A stretch of 64,000 bases of DNA from Pocillopora damicornis (lineage: Eukaryota). Positions 51,701 to 64,000 of the stretch are shown here, one piece after another. The stretch lies in contig NW_020845410.1 of assembly GCF_003704095.1 (NCBI RefSeq), positions 682,001 to 746,000 of the forward strand, given 5' to 3'. Positions within the stretch are counted from its first letter, which is position 1; each line of letters opens with the position of its first letter. Below the pieces are notes generated by a model. That model was not told where the DNA came from and ran no database searches. It worked only from the letters and a program-made list of their open reading frames with translations. A program made the translations under genes and the position numbers.

Positions 51701-53364
51701 GCAAATAGTTATTTAATTACTGTATTCTTACACTTCCAAATCATATTTCAATGAAAAAATTTACCACCTTTGCTATTTTTTAGGTACTGTTTTCTATAAT
51801 TTTTACCATATTCATAATTATGAAATAATTCACCAATGAACAACCATAACTGTAGTAAGTATTCTCACCATTTTCAAGGATCGCAAAATTCGGAATACTC
51901 TCAAGTTTTCAGCAATGACAGCCACTTCTGCTGTATTTTTTCCTGATGACAGCTCAATGATTTCTGGCACAAATGACTAAAATCGTTGAAAGGATTGAAA
52001 TGAAAGATATATTTCTACTTGATGCACAAATAGTAGTGTGAAAGGACAGGACTGAAGTACTGAAGATAATCATCTATGTCATTAACCCTTTGACCCTTAA
52101 GACTGACAAGCATCTAATTTCTCCTTACAATATCACCCCTAAATCAGACATTAAAGTTGGAGAATAAATGAAACGATCACCTACTCAAGAAGCTCTCGAG
52201 TGTTGAAAAAATTATCGTTGTGAACACCTTAGAAAATGTATAGAGAACTGCACAAAATATGAAAACTGATTTTAGGGCATAGTGGGATACTGTGAAGATC
52301 ACTCTTATTCATTCATTTTAATTGGAGGGTTAATAACTATTACTGAAATGTTACAATTGGTGTTTATACATACCATTACCGTCACAATGAAGTCAAAAAT
52401 GTTCCATCCATTTTTCCAAAAACTCCAGAATCCATCAATCCACTTGAGGATTATCTCAAGTACAAAAATGGTCAATGTGCAGTAATCAAAAATTTGTAAA
52501 ACCAATTTTAATCCATACAGTGAGGAATCCTCAATTTTGGATATTTCTGAAAAATGATAGCATAGAGTGCTAATTTTTGATTCAAGGGTTACTAACAAGT
52601 AGGATGATAGCAGATTAGGGATACTAGTTTTTTTGCTCACCGGCTTGGATTCCCAATACAATAGAATTTGTTATGATCAAAATCATCATAAAGTTTTGAA
52701 TCCTTGGATCTGTTGATAGATTAAATCACATCACATTGTTAACAGCCACTTTACACAAACTTGATCAATGCAATCATTTGAGTAAAAAACGATAAGCCAT
52801 CATCATTCATTAAACAAACCTTCTATGACAGTGTGTGCCCATGGTCCAAGTGGAATAGCATTTTTGTTCTTTACTCTGTTCAAGCGACGATCTACAAAGC
52901 GCTGTTCATCTTTCTTAGAGTAGATTTGAAACTTGATCAAGCCTTGGGGAGTCTCTCTTAAAAGTTGCTTCATAACTTCGTCGTCTGAAACAAAATTTAC
53001 GGGAAACCTATTTAAAAAAGTCTACGATCTCAAAAACTGAATATGGAGCCTGGAAACGTGGGAGAAGAATTTTTAAAGACTTGTTGCTTTCCAAGCTTTG
53101 CCAACGTCATACCCACTGATATTTAGAGGCGAAGAGTTTCCTCGAAATATTTGACCAGAAATGATTGGTTGCTAAACAGCATACCTGAAAGATTTCACAG
53201 AATATCGTGAAAAAACAGATACCTGTTATTTCGTTGGAATAGTATTTTGGTGGCTCTGCGCCGCTACTATTGGCAACCCTGTCGATAAGCTGAAAATCCT
53301 CGATGAGTTTTGATCTGAAGATCTCCGCTCTTGGGGCCAGCTCGTCCATCGTATCTTCGTTCAT
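48759..53364 (-). CDS. CATSPER2: Cation channel sperm-associated protein 2
   Basis: N-terminus PRAEIFRSKLIEDFQLI; S2-S3 FVLEIILKWIDGFWSFWKNGWNIFDF; S4 LRVFRILRSLK; pore TLDHWY; S6 FRNIFAGIMVMNFQ; end LLKLHDT*. About 13 GT-AG exons. Confidence 0.92.
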
Positions 53365-54532
53365 CTCCTTTACCCCGAGTATTCACGGGTCTTTTTTATA
53401 TCTCACTCCTCATTTGGTCAGTTATTAGGTATGAAGATCCACACCCACTGATTACTTACAGTCATTTCAAAGAAGAAGACAAGATGGCGAATTTTGAGCG
53501 TCGCAATCCTCGTTCCCAGATTCTTTCCTTGCTGTCTCAGCTTTCCACGCGGCAGCCTCAATGAAAACTCGATCAATACAAATTGACTGAGCATAAGGAA
53601 CTTATCGAAGCACGCGTCTTAACAAAGCATCTTTGATTGCTTTTTCAGCTCCACAAATGGTTAAGAGGTCTAAAAGGGTATAGAGCGGAAAAACCTCCAC
53701 CGTTCGACAAAGCGTTTCCGTCGCTGCCTCGCCCACTTAATTAAGAATGACTGAATTCATGGCCCGCTGGTATACCTTTTTTCCTCAGTAACATTACCCA
53801 CCCTTAAGCAAATAAAAATCAAAGAACTTTGATTTGCAGTTTGAGGGCATACTCGAATTTATTTTTTATCGGAAAAAGAAGGGGCACAATACAAAGACAA
53901 TCTCTTTTCTCTCGTTGACCCCTGACTCAAACATTTTCATAATTTCCATACATGAAAATTAACAAATCTTTTATTCCACAATTCTTGTTTCTTTGAGTGT
54001 AGAATAAAGCATTAATTGTATTTCTGTGTCTTTCTTTGAAACTGAATAGAGATACAGACGGACAAGTCAAGGCATGCTCTCCTTTTACTCATTTGATTCA
54101 CGTCCACTAGTATTTGTTCGAAAATGAAGGCGGTATCCCAGTTTGCGAACTTTCCCCTGAAATCTTCAAAAGAAGAACCAAAAACTTATGAATAAACGAT
54201 TGAAATATTAGATCACATCTATTATCTTAAGTTTCATCGCCTTTATTCTGAATAATGAATGTAAGCAATTAGCAATTTCAGGGTCTAATATCAAAACGCA
54301 ACAACGCTATAGAATGTGTAAATGAACCTCATTCAGCCTGTTCAAGCAAAAAAGAATATGTCTCTAGGGAGGAAATTTTAATCAATTCCGTCATGATTTG
54401 AAACATTCCCACGCACGTGTTTGGTACAGGCCGGGTTATATAATCCCCATTTCGCAGGTCTTTTCACTACTTCTGAGCCCTGCTTTTTTTAAGCTAAACT
54501 GTCTGTGGTTTTTCCAGAACTGAAGTCTCACC

Positions 54533-55306
54533 ATGTCTGAAGAAGACTCTATTCCCCAGGTTGTCATCGCTAAACCTAAACACCCAAAGTATACTGAAAT
54601 GGTGGAAGAAGCAGTCAAATATTTCAACGAGAAAGGAGGCTCTTCTCGACAAGCCATAACCAAGTACATCAAGGGAAAGTATCTGGTCGGTGAGACCGCT
54701 AACAATCAGATTAAACTCGCGCTGGTCAAAAGTGTCGGTAAAGGACGCCTCGTGCAAACGAAGGGAGCTGGAGCTTCGGGCTCGTTTAAACTTTCAAAGG
54801 AAGTGAAAGAAGAGGAGAAAAGAGAAGAGAAGAGACGACTAAAGAAGGAAAAGAAAGCTTTGAAAGAGAAGGAGAACGCTGAACGGGATATTGACAACAA
54901 CAAGAAGAAGGCGAATAAAGTTAAGAAAACCAGTAAGAAACAACCGAAGGATGTTGACGGCGAAGACAAAGAGAACGAAGAGAAAGGGCGACCAAAGAAA
55001 AAGTCCTCAAATAAAACCAAGGAAAGTACAAGTAAAAAGAAACGTGAGGGTTCTAAGGACACCGCACTGGAAAAGAAGTCGAAGCCTAAAGCCAAAAAGT
55101 CTACGGTCGCAGAAAGCAGTGAAGGAATTAAGAAAGCAAAGAAGACCAAGAAACCTGCAGCAAAGCCAAGTGCGAGTAAGATATCTTCCACGGGCAAAAA
55201 AACCAGCGAAAAAGGAAAGGACAAAAAAAAAGTTCTGAAGTCTAAGAACACCACGAAAGCGAAACCCAAAAGCAAAAAACAAATAGGCAAGGAAGATTTA
55301 GAGTAA
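54533..55306 (+). CDS. Linker histone H1 variant (H1.0/H1-delta-like globular domain), intronless CDS, replication-independent type
   Basis: Winged-helix HPKYTEMV...GGSSRQAITKYI...QTKGAGASGSFKL plus a Lys-rich tail. No histone 3' stem-loop; AATAAA near 55590; not in a histone cluster. Probable 5'UTR intron acceptor (TTTTTCCAG) at ~54518. Confidence 0.92.
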   Translation: MSEEDSIPQVVIAKPKHPKYTEMVEEAVKYFNEKGGSSRQAITKYIKGKYLVGETANNQIKLALVKSVGKGRLVQTKGAGASGSFKLSKEVKEEEKREEKRRLKKEKKALKEKENAERDIDNNKKKANKVKKTSKKQPKDVDGEDKENEEKGRPKKKSSNKTKESTSKKKREGSKDTALEKKSKPKAKKSTVAESSEGIKKAKKTKKPAAKPSASKISSTGKKTSEKGKDKKKVLKSKNTTKAKPKSKKQIGKEDLE

Positions 55307-56534
55307 GTTTATTTCTAAAAACAATAATTTTGCATTTAAACTGTAAATAGCTGTACATAATTTGGTCTCTTCAGTTTCCAAATCCTTTACTCGTGCATTC
55401 CTCAAATTCTTGTTAAATCGTGAAGACCATGTGAACGGCTTTTTGAATTTTATGTCCGACTCGCGCCAGCAGCCTTCAGTCTGTTTAAAAACGCTACAGT
55501 AGTAATTATGTTTGTTTTTGTATTTTTAACTTTTGGGACAAATATCAACTGTATTATTTTGAGCTGTACAGGCGCCAAGTGTTCTGTAGAATAAATTTTT
55601 GTTTTTATTTTGAGAGTTGATGGAGTTCTTATTTTATGGGCTAAATTTATTTTCAGATTTATTCTCCTAATCCAAAGTTTATGTCAAGATTTCAGCATAA
55701 CCCCATACTTTATTATGCATACAGTTCTTGGATGAAGGAAACAATGGCAAAAAAAAAGATTACCTTAGGGGCAACGGCTTTCTTTTCGAATTGTATGAGG
55801 TTACACGTAAATCTTTCCTCGATCTTTTTAAAGACAAGATGAATTGATTGGATTTTAACAACTGAGGCGAGTTTGGCCACCATAAAGAATTCTAAAACTG
55901 ACGTTCCGAGTGTTGGTCCTTTGGAAACTCATTTCAGTGGCTAATTTTACATTATAAACTCGGTAGATAAAGCCAAATTAATTTTTCCACCGACGTTGAA
56001 ACAGTTCCTCTAAAAACTTGCTTCCCTTCATTCATTTTTATAGACAATGCGTTGATCCGGATAAAATTTAGGATTTATTCTTGTCTAGATAAATGTCGCA
56101 ATACCAACATCAACCTGACGTACTCCCACATACTATTATTTTCGGTGAGAATTTTTCCAGACTGACGGCTTGTCGAAGTTATGTGACGTCAGAGTTCAGA
56201 GACAAATTTAAAAACGGATGTAGTTTTTTTTTTTTGATTGAGATGGACAAAATTCAAACTGTCCCTCTCGGCTGAAAAGAAAACCACGAGAATATTTAGC
56301 CATTGATTTTTTTTTATGTTAAAGCTTGCATCGGGAGAAACGTTGAACAACATTGAATAACGGAATGATCGAATTAAGTGCGACAGAAAGAATGACGTAT
56401 ACGTCATAATCTTAATTAGCATCTAAAGCAGCAAATTTAAGCTTGATATGACGGGAGCCTTAACCGCTTTTGCAAAAACACAAAGCACATAAATTTAACC
56501 TGGAGTATCGCTGCAAGAGAATTTTCTGGTCACG

Positions 56535-58233
56535 ATGGAAAGCGACTCGAGATCAGAAAAACAACATATCATTCCTATAGCAGATCGAAGAGTATCCCCG
56601 GCTGACTCGGACCAATCAAATGTAAGTATATAGTTACATCAAATTTCAACCTGTTTTCAAAAACATTTTTGTCTGCTTTTCGTCTGACGCACAGATTTTC
56701 TTTTGATAGCTTCATATTACAAGGAATAGTTCTGAAAGAAATGGAAATTGACAAAGTAAAAATTTATTAACACCAAAAGAAACTAAATTGAGCTCCAGGT
56801 TGGCTGACTGGCATTTCAAAAACGATCTGAAATCAAGTAGCTTTTTATTGGATCTAAAAAAGAATTATTTTTAGTAAAGAAATTTCCTGAACATGCAAAA
56901 TCAGACTCTAACGACCAAAGACTCAACGATTTGTTGGTAGGTGTTTTTCTTTAACTTCCAACTTTATTTTGTCTCTTTGAACAGAATTTTCATTTGGAAC
57001 TACTATCTCACTCGTCAGACGATTTGTTGAACACTTGTCGTATCTGCAGAGATGAAACTGTTCGTGGATTGCTCGTCAGTCCTTGTCTCTGCTCAGGAAC
57101 CTTAGGGAAGTGTCATGTTCAGTGCCTGGAGGAATGGCTTTCAAAGGCCAACAAAGACTCCTGTGAAATTTGTGGCCATGAGTTCCACGTTAGGAAACTC
57201 CCGAGGTCATTTCAGGAGGTTCGTTTTATCCTCTTGACAGAAATCATGTCACAAGTTTAGGCGTAGCCACTGTAAATTGGTTTTTAATTTTAGAGTTTAT
57301 TGAATGTAGTATTTCAAACTGAAATCATCGCTGATGATATCTAGAGACTTTATTTGCAGCCAGATGTTTTATTCAATTAAAATATTTTTATTACAACTCA
57401 GATGACAGGCGTTGAGCTCTAGCCTCTTTGTTGTTAAAGGATATTTTTTTTCGTTTACCACAAGCGCGTGGCTGATGCGGTTTCTTCATTATAGGCGCGC
57501 TGCTCCCGATCAAAAGGTTTGGGTTCTAGTCCTAACCAGGTTTTTTGTGTTATGTTCTCAGGAAAGGTTCATCTTCGCTCTTAAAATGCCTCTGAGGTTC
57601 TCAAATGCTAATACTCTGGGATAGCTACTAGTCCAAGGGCTAGAACGTGGTACAAATTTTTTAACCATAAAGAGAGTTAGTTTATCACTATTTACTTACG
57701 TACAGTTTTCCTGTGGAAGTATGCAGAATATTATATCAAATTATTCGATGGTAAATTAAAAAGAAGAGTGTTGATTGGGATGAAAGTCGCCGCGCAAGCA
57801 CTTATGGGACCGCTCAGGGGAAACGCTGGTCTGTCTGAATTCCTTTTTGAACTTGTTAGCCCATTTTCCTTTCTATTTTTCTTTCCAGTGGTTCACGAAA
57901 GGCCAAAGCCGCCGCGAGCGCCGTTATCTCTGCGGAGACCTGATTTGCTTTCTAATCCTCAGCCCTCTGGTGTTTGCCAGCTCATATCTCTGTGCGCAAG
58001 GGGCATGGCACTACATGGCACTGACCGACACGTGGACTGGTGCGGGTTTGATCGTGCTCAGTCTGTTTCTTTGGTGCATCTATGGATTTTGGTTAATTGT
58101 AACGCTGAGGTTCCATCAAAGATGCTGGCAAGATTGGAGAGAGCGTAACTATAGAGTGAAACTTGTGAAAATTGAAATAGTTGACGTGAAGGAAAGAAGA
58201 AAAGACGAGGGTCTCTTGGAAACTTCTGTTTGA
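56535..58233 (+). CDS. Membrane-associated RING-CH E3 ubiquitin ligase, MARCH2/MARCH3 family
   Basis: Exons 56535-56621, 56985-57218 (CRICRD...SPCLCSGTLGKCHVQCLEEWL...CEIC) and 57889-58233 (two TM helices, C-terminal PDZ-binding ETSV*). Confidence 0.9.
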
Positions 58234-59195
58234 TAAAAGCTCCGGAATGGCCAAGAAAAATACCAGCATCTTAAGGGAACGGCGGACAATACTAGCGCCA
58301 CCAGTTTGTGGTTCACTAGACCAGATATCTGTTAATAAACAGTAGAGCACAGTGTGTCGATCTTTGATGTATTTGTTATTTTCTGTCTGATCCTTAGTCC
58401 TCAATGGGTAGATGGGGAAACGGCCAAAGAGGCCAAGAATCATGAAAACAGCGGAATTGAGATGTTTGGGTTTGGCTCATTGATTAAAATTAATCATAGA
58501 CTGAATGGAATTCAAAAGGAAAGAAAAGAAGAATGAAAATATCACGAAGATGACTTGGAAGTTTTCCGCACCTTAACTCATTGTTGGGATATCCTTATTA
58601 TTTACGCCTTATATGTTAGGTGGTCGCCTCTGAAAACCGAGCCATCAAATTGTTTTAACACGGAAAATATATTTATTTGCCTGTCAATGACAAATGAGGA
58701 ATAATTCTCCACAAAGGGTCGGGTAAAAATTAGAGAGGTACAAACTTCAATATCAATTATCCTGCTAGAATAAGTCGTCTGCAATGGGCTTTTTTAAAGT
58801 AATGGGGGGGGGGGGGGGGGGGGGGGGGGCGGTGTTTTAGGGATAAAAAATATAATGACTATGTTTGAACTGAGAAAATTGGAAAGTGTCGCAGGGTATT
58901 TACGCGGATACCAGTCTTCATAGGACATCTTCAAGATACTCATTTATTTTGTACCCTACACGTAAGAGTCAAATGCCTTTTGCGCTTGAGTTTGATTGGA
59001 ACCAAGAGAATTTCAACATCGAACAATCGGTGTTTCTTAGGTTGGTGATCATTTTATTTATTCTCATGATCTTCATGATGACTGTAAGGAGAAACTGGTT
59101 GCTGGTCTTAACGTGACAGTTACATAAGTTTACATGCACGTCCGCACGATTCACTGTTGTCACCAGACTCCAAAATCCCCGCCGGTCAAATCAAC

Positions 59196-61733
59196 ATGGC
59201 GTTTAGACTGTGCACTTCAAGAATTTTACGAGCCGCGGTTTTGCCGTTTTCTTGGGGAAATTTCAGCAATTTTCCGGTAAGAAGCTTTTATGAAATGAAA
59301 TATTAACACTATTTTGTATTGATAAGTGTAATCGTTTCTTTTATCGTAGATTAAGAATGGAATATCTACCTCTGCAATACTCTGTCAGGTAGGGGATCCC
59401 ATTCGATAAAATGATGAGACCAGAAGGTTATTTACCTATATTTTCAGTGCAATTCTTATTCATTCATGGATATCAAAAGATTTTGCGAAGTTATGACGCG
59501 GGTATCTGTCTCATCGACAACATTACCTTCTGTAAGCGCATATTTTCTACTTATGTAAAAGTGCATGTACATGTCTTGGTAACGGTTAGCGAGTGCAATT
59601 TGGCCCGTTAAGGGGCGGGGCAGGGGGTCAGGGAGGGGTGGAGATTGGACAAATCCTCAGTAACTGATATCTGTGACATCTACTCTGGTACATCCAGATA
59701 GACCTTTAAGCCAATTAACGACAGCAAGTTTGCTTTTAATATTTTATGGAATTTTTTATGTGCAATTAAAATAAAGACGTTGCATTTTAAATGCAGTTTT
59801 GCGCAACATTTGATACTTACTAAAAACACATCTTTCATTTTTGCTCATAACTTCATGTTTTGGTTGTATTGGAAGGGAATGGAAGAAAAATTGTGGAAGC
59901 TTGGCAAGCTCAACCACGTTGCAATTGCTGTTCCTGATCTAGGTAAATTATCGCTTATGAACAGTTGGAGTCATCAAAATGACTATTGTCATGTTGACAA
60001 TCCACCTGACAACTTTAATTGTCAAAATTTAGCTATGGGAACTTCGTTGAATTATTTGTAAATTCAACCTGATAAAGGTTTGTTGTGAATTTATTTGCAC
60101 CAACCTCCTGTTAGGCTATCCCACTCAGACAATAAATACATAGTATTCATGGGTGGAGAGAGACATTGCAAGAGGGAGGTGTGTCAATCAAGAAGACAAA
60201 ACATTGACCTAACCAGATCTTGAACCTAAATTTCTCATTTCTCATCTAGCACACTAAGCATTAAGCCACCATCTGCTATCATATTTACAAAAAGAGTTAT
60301 ATCTGTTTTTTGTTTTTATTGTAGACCACGCAAGCAAGATGTATAGGAATGTATTAGGTGCTGATGTTAGTGATGTGCAAGTGAGTCAAGTTGAATGAAG
60401 CTTAAGTTAATCAAAGGAGATATGGAACAAAAGGTCCTCAGTGACATCTGATAGAATGTTAGATTCTCCTTTCAAACTCTCTCTAATTCCCTTGTGAAAC
60501 ACAGGGAGAAATTGATGCTGCGTTGAGAGCTGTTATTTCACACACCACTTACTAATATATTATGCAACACATGAAATCTTCTCTGTTTATAATTTATATC
60601 ATTATGAAATATTTAATCAATCCTTTTTTCCTTACTTAGGATCTTCCAGAACATGGAGTATCCACTGTGTTTGTTAACTTGGGGAACACTAAACTTGAAG
60701 TAAGTCTTGTGAAAGTTTTTTTTGTTTTTGCCAATTGGTAACCTTTTCACCCTTTATCTCCCAGATTTTCTTTGTCACATGCTAATGACAAGATGAAATA
60801 AATTTTTGTCCATTTCCTTACTGAGCTCAAAACTTACCATCTTTATTATTCTGTTTACAAAAACATGACGCTATTGACATTGCTGATCCTAGCAGTATGC
60901 AGGGCACATGTCATACATGAGCTTCGTACTGGGCCTCACTCATGGAGTCTGTGGCTCAGTTGTAAAGCACCAGAGGGTGGAATCTGAAGGTCTAAGGTTC
61001 AATTCCTCATGAAGACTCAGAATTTTTTCTTTTTCCTATGCTTGTGACAAGATGAAAAACCTCTTTCTCTATTTTTCACTGAGCTCAAAACTTACCATCT
61101 CTCTTGTTCTATAAACTGTGTACTTGTTTCTCTAAATGTATTTATGACAAACTAGAATGATCAATGAATAATTATTTTATCAATGATGAGGATACAAAAT
61201 CTTTTGGGAAAAGGAAAGCAAATGAATAATTTGTTCATATATTATCTTTCATCAGCTTTTACATCCTTTGGGAGACAACAGCCCAATAGCAGGTTTTCTG
61301 AATAAAAAAAAAGATGGTGGAATTCATCACATCTGTATTGAGGTCAGGCAAATATTTGTTTTCAATTTTTTGTCGAAAGATTTTGAATGAGCTTCCCACA
61401 CAGAGAAATTGCCTGTGGTCTGTGACTGTCACATTCCTTTACACCAAATTTTTATGTAGGTTGATGACATAAAAGAGGCTATGAAGGATCTACAAGAACA
61501 TAATATTAGAGCCCTGAATCCAGAACCAAAGGTAAAAATGAGAATATTGAACAAATGTAACTCTTTATTTAGTTACATAACGTTTGTGACTAAACAGTTT
61601 TCTGAGTTCAGATTTTAAGGATTTTTATTTTGGTATTTTATTATTTGGTTAGATTGGTGCTCATGGTAAACCTGTAGTGTTTTTACACCCAAAAGACTGT
61701 GGTGGAGTTTTGGTTGAAATGGAACAAGCATAA
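59196..61733 (+). CDS. MCEE: Methylmalonyl-CoA epimerase, mitochondrial
   Basis: Eight exons: Arg-rich transit-like N-terminus (59196-59276, 59350-59388), LWKLGKLNHVAIAVPDL, EHGVSTVFVNLGNTKLE, GGIHHICIEVDDI and IGAHGKPVVFLHPKDCGGVLVEMEQA*. Confidence 0.96.
60770..61110 (+). mobile_element. tRNA-derived SINE-like repeat in an MCEE intron; related copies at ~8030-8140 (+), ~34585-34692 (-) and ~38085-38260 (-)
   Basis: A-box-like GTGGCTCAGTTG and B-box-like GGTTCAATTCC, followed by CTCAGAATTTTTTCTT...GCTTGTGACAAG (shared with the 8030 copy). Internal direct repeat ACTGAGCTCAAAACTTACCATCT. The copy near 38170 reads TGTAGCTCAGTGGTAGAGC on the minus strand. Confidence 0.7.
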
Positions 61734-64000
61734 GACTTGCAGAGGAAGTTAGAAGATTTAGTATCTCTGAGCTCCTGTTGGGATTTTCCAAAACAATAAC
61801 TTGCAACTTTATTGACTGAGATGAGAAATTCAGCCAGGTTAATAGCTGTGAAAGTTTACTTCAATGAAAACTCATAAGATCAGTGCCTAGATTTGCAGTG
61901 GTGCAGTTTTAATTTGATATCTTGCAATTTGATGTAAAACAATACATAGCATGGTTATGCGGCAAGGAATTAGGCTGGCAAGCTCTGTAGCCCATTCAGC
62001 TCTTGAATTGCATATAGAGGTCAGTTGAGTGAAGTGATGGATTTGAAAATGAATGCATCAAAACTGGGCCATTGGGATAAGGCACAGTGGAAAGTCAGTG
62101 AAGAATTGTAAGATTTACTTCACTCAAGGATGATTTATAACTGAATTTGATCAGTGAATTAAATTATTATATCAAAACCAAAATCAAGGTACAGTTTGCT
62201 TGAAAAAAAAAACTCCAAAATGTAATCTGCAAAGAGCTAATTATAATCATTATGTGCAATAAGTTATAACTGACATGTACTGACCTGGCTGTAAATTGAT
62301 GAGGTTCAAATAACTTATGGGTGTAAAAAGAACAGATATTATCAAAATGAAGGCTTTGTTGTTAGTAAATTAATTTGGCTTGCATTCTTTTGTGTTTTAG
62401 AGAGATTGTTTAATTGCCTAAAAGACCACTTTAGGTAACTTCTTTTAAATATTTGGGTACAACAAGATATATGATATTATGGTCAATTTAGCTGGCCCTG
62501 ATTCATTTTAAATTGATGCATCTAGAAATATTTGTTTTCTGAATTATTTTTGCTCAAAAACAAAAATAGGATAGCATTCTGATGCCAACAAAGAGTTATT
62601 GTGATATTAAGTTGAAACTTTCACTCTGAAATTTATTTATTTATTTCCAGTAACAATCATAACTACTAAAGATAGGAAAGGGGATCTTAGAATAACTTTT
62701 TATACAAAATATTCTGGTTGTCAGTCTTGCTACCTGTGCCTTGCCACTAGATTTACCACTGGTCTGATATCAGGTCAAAGACCTGTCAACTGATTTTCTG
62801 CTAAAAACTGCAAGTTTGTGGGAGAGTCAGTGTTAGCCATAACTGTCTTCTCATTATGTTCAGGGGTGGATTCAGGAATTTTTTATGGGGAAGAGTTGAA
62901 ACTTTGATTCAGAAACTAGAGCCTGGATGAACTGAGAAATATTTCAAGATAAGTGAATTTTGGATACTGTATGTTTTAGTAGTAACATGTGATCCTGTTA
63001 GTGCACAAATTTTATTGACAAGAAGTATAAAAACAAATCAAAGAACATGGGCCTGAAGGAAGAGAAGGTCTGGACCCAGATCCTCCACCTAGATTTCCTG
63101 CTGGTGCTTATTTAGAGCAAGTGAAGATTCCATTAGGAGATAAAACAGAGGATGGAACATGATGAATTTGTTTGAATTATATGCTAGAAAATCAAGGGTT
63201 AGGGTTAGATGGTTAAATTGTTTGAATAGGAAGAGAGACTCTATTGTGCCTTTTGTTGAGGTAATAAGGTAAATATTTAGTCCGTGTAGTTACTTAATTA
63301 AGCAAGCATGGTTACCCTACAATCTAGAAGTGAACTTGTTTTACATTTTTCTTTTAATTTTTTGACATTAACCTTAAGCTACCTCAGAGTTTCTCTCCTT
63401 CTTCTTCAACTTGATGTAGTTTTAGATGCAATTATCAATATTAGCAACCAGAAGTGCTTGGTTTTACAATGTAAACTATCATTAATGAAGGGCAAATGTT
63501 CCCCTGCACATGCACTTGAACATTGATCTCTGTGTTTCCAAGCAACATGCACAATTTTAGTTAAATTATCATGCAACATGTAATATATCGTTTCAAACAC
63601 ATCATAATTGAATAAACAATCAACAGTAAAAATATTATAATTTGCCCTATGTAGATCACTTATTGTATTCGTTTCTCTTAGCAACAAATGTTGTGACGTG
63701 ATTTCCGGTGCAATACTGCGGATGTATATCATGAACAGTAAGACTGCGGTTGGAGTAATTTGGATTAAGCAATCTTCTCAATTAACCTCGTGTCATTTCA
63801 GGAGTCTTTTGTGCGACGATAGCGAGTTATGGTAAAATTTCCAAGGCGATTCTTGATTATGTAAAATTCTTCCAAGCCTGTTCGAGACACAGAAACGACC
63901 CCACTCATCCAACGTGTATCAACGCCGAAAACTGCTAACACAAGAGCATTTTCATGTTTTGTTTATCAGCCGGGAGTTTCTTGTAAAGAAGCACTTAGTC

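Noticed and set aside
54706-55290. 194-aa and other antisense or alternative-frame ORFs over histone H1
   Set aside because: Shadow frames of Lys/Glu-rich codons, with low-complexity Phe/Leu/Ser content.
58804-58829. 26-nt poly-G run (shorter runs near 29590 and 49320)
   Set aside because: Simple homopolymer of uncertain length, with no supporting context for function.
63196-63208. GGGTTAGGGTTAG telomere-like or telomerase-template-like motif
   Set aside because: Only two units, with no surrounding telomerase RNA structure recognised.
61800-64000. Short ORFs after MCEE (63308-63526, 63406-63732) and an open minus frame near 63800-63960
   Set aside because: No recognisable domain or consistent splice pattern. 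Possibly the UTR of a gene beyond the window.
1-64000. Prokaryotic-type systems (CRISPR arrays, operons, defence islands)
   Set aside because: All genes are spliceosomal-intron eukaryotic genes, and I saw no regularly spaced repeat-spacer array.

Overview
Gene-dense, AT-rich, intron-rich eukaryotic (metazoan) genomic DNA. The repeat families and gene structures suggest a cnidarian, probably a stony coral; this is inference only. Twelve protein-coding genes were reconstructed by hand from splice sites, in order: ANAPC11 (+, 5' end outside the window), UBAP2/UBAP2L (-), HNRNPK (-), HMGCR (+), TUBGCP4 (-), RPS6 (+), DET1 (-), KRTCAP2 (+, not visible in the ORF track, carries a U12-type intron), CATSPER2 (-), an orphan linker histone H1 variant (+), MARCH2/3 (+) and MCEE (+). 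Four pairs are head-to-head. Introns carry MITEs, tRNA-derived SINE-like repeats and one nested insertion with a 5-bp target-site duplication. There is a 90-N assembly gap at 37515-37604. Best candidates for undescribed biology: (1) the HMG-CoA reductase lacks the Insig/ubiquitination determinants (YIYF, K89, K248) and ends in a CaaX prenylation motif (CAVL-stop); (2) a C-rich, AG-depleted intron tract with a competing poison acceptor lies in front of the 44-nt KH1 exon of hnRNP K, suggesting an autoregulatory switch; (3) tandem Pumilio elements and an in-frame uORF sit in the UBAP2 leader. All identifications rest on recognising the translated sequence; no searches were run.
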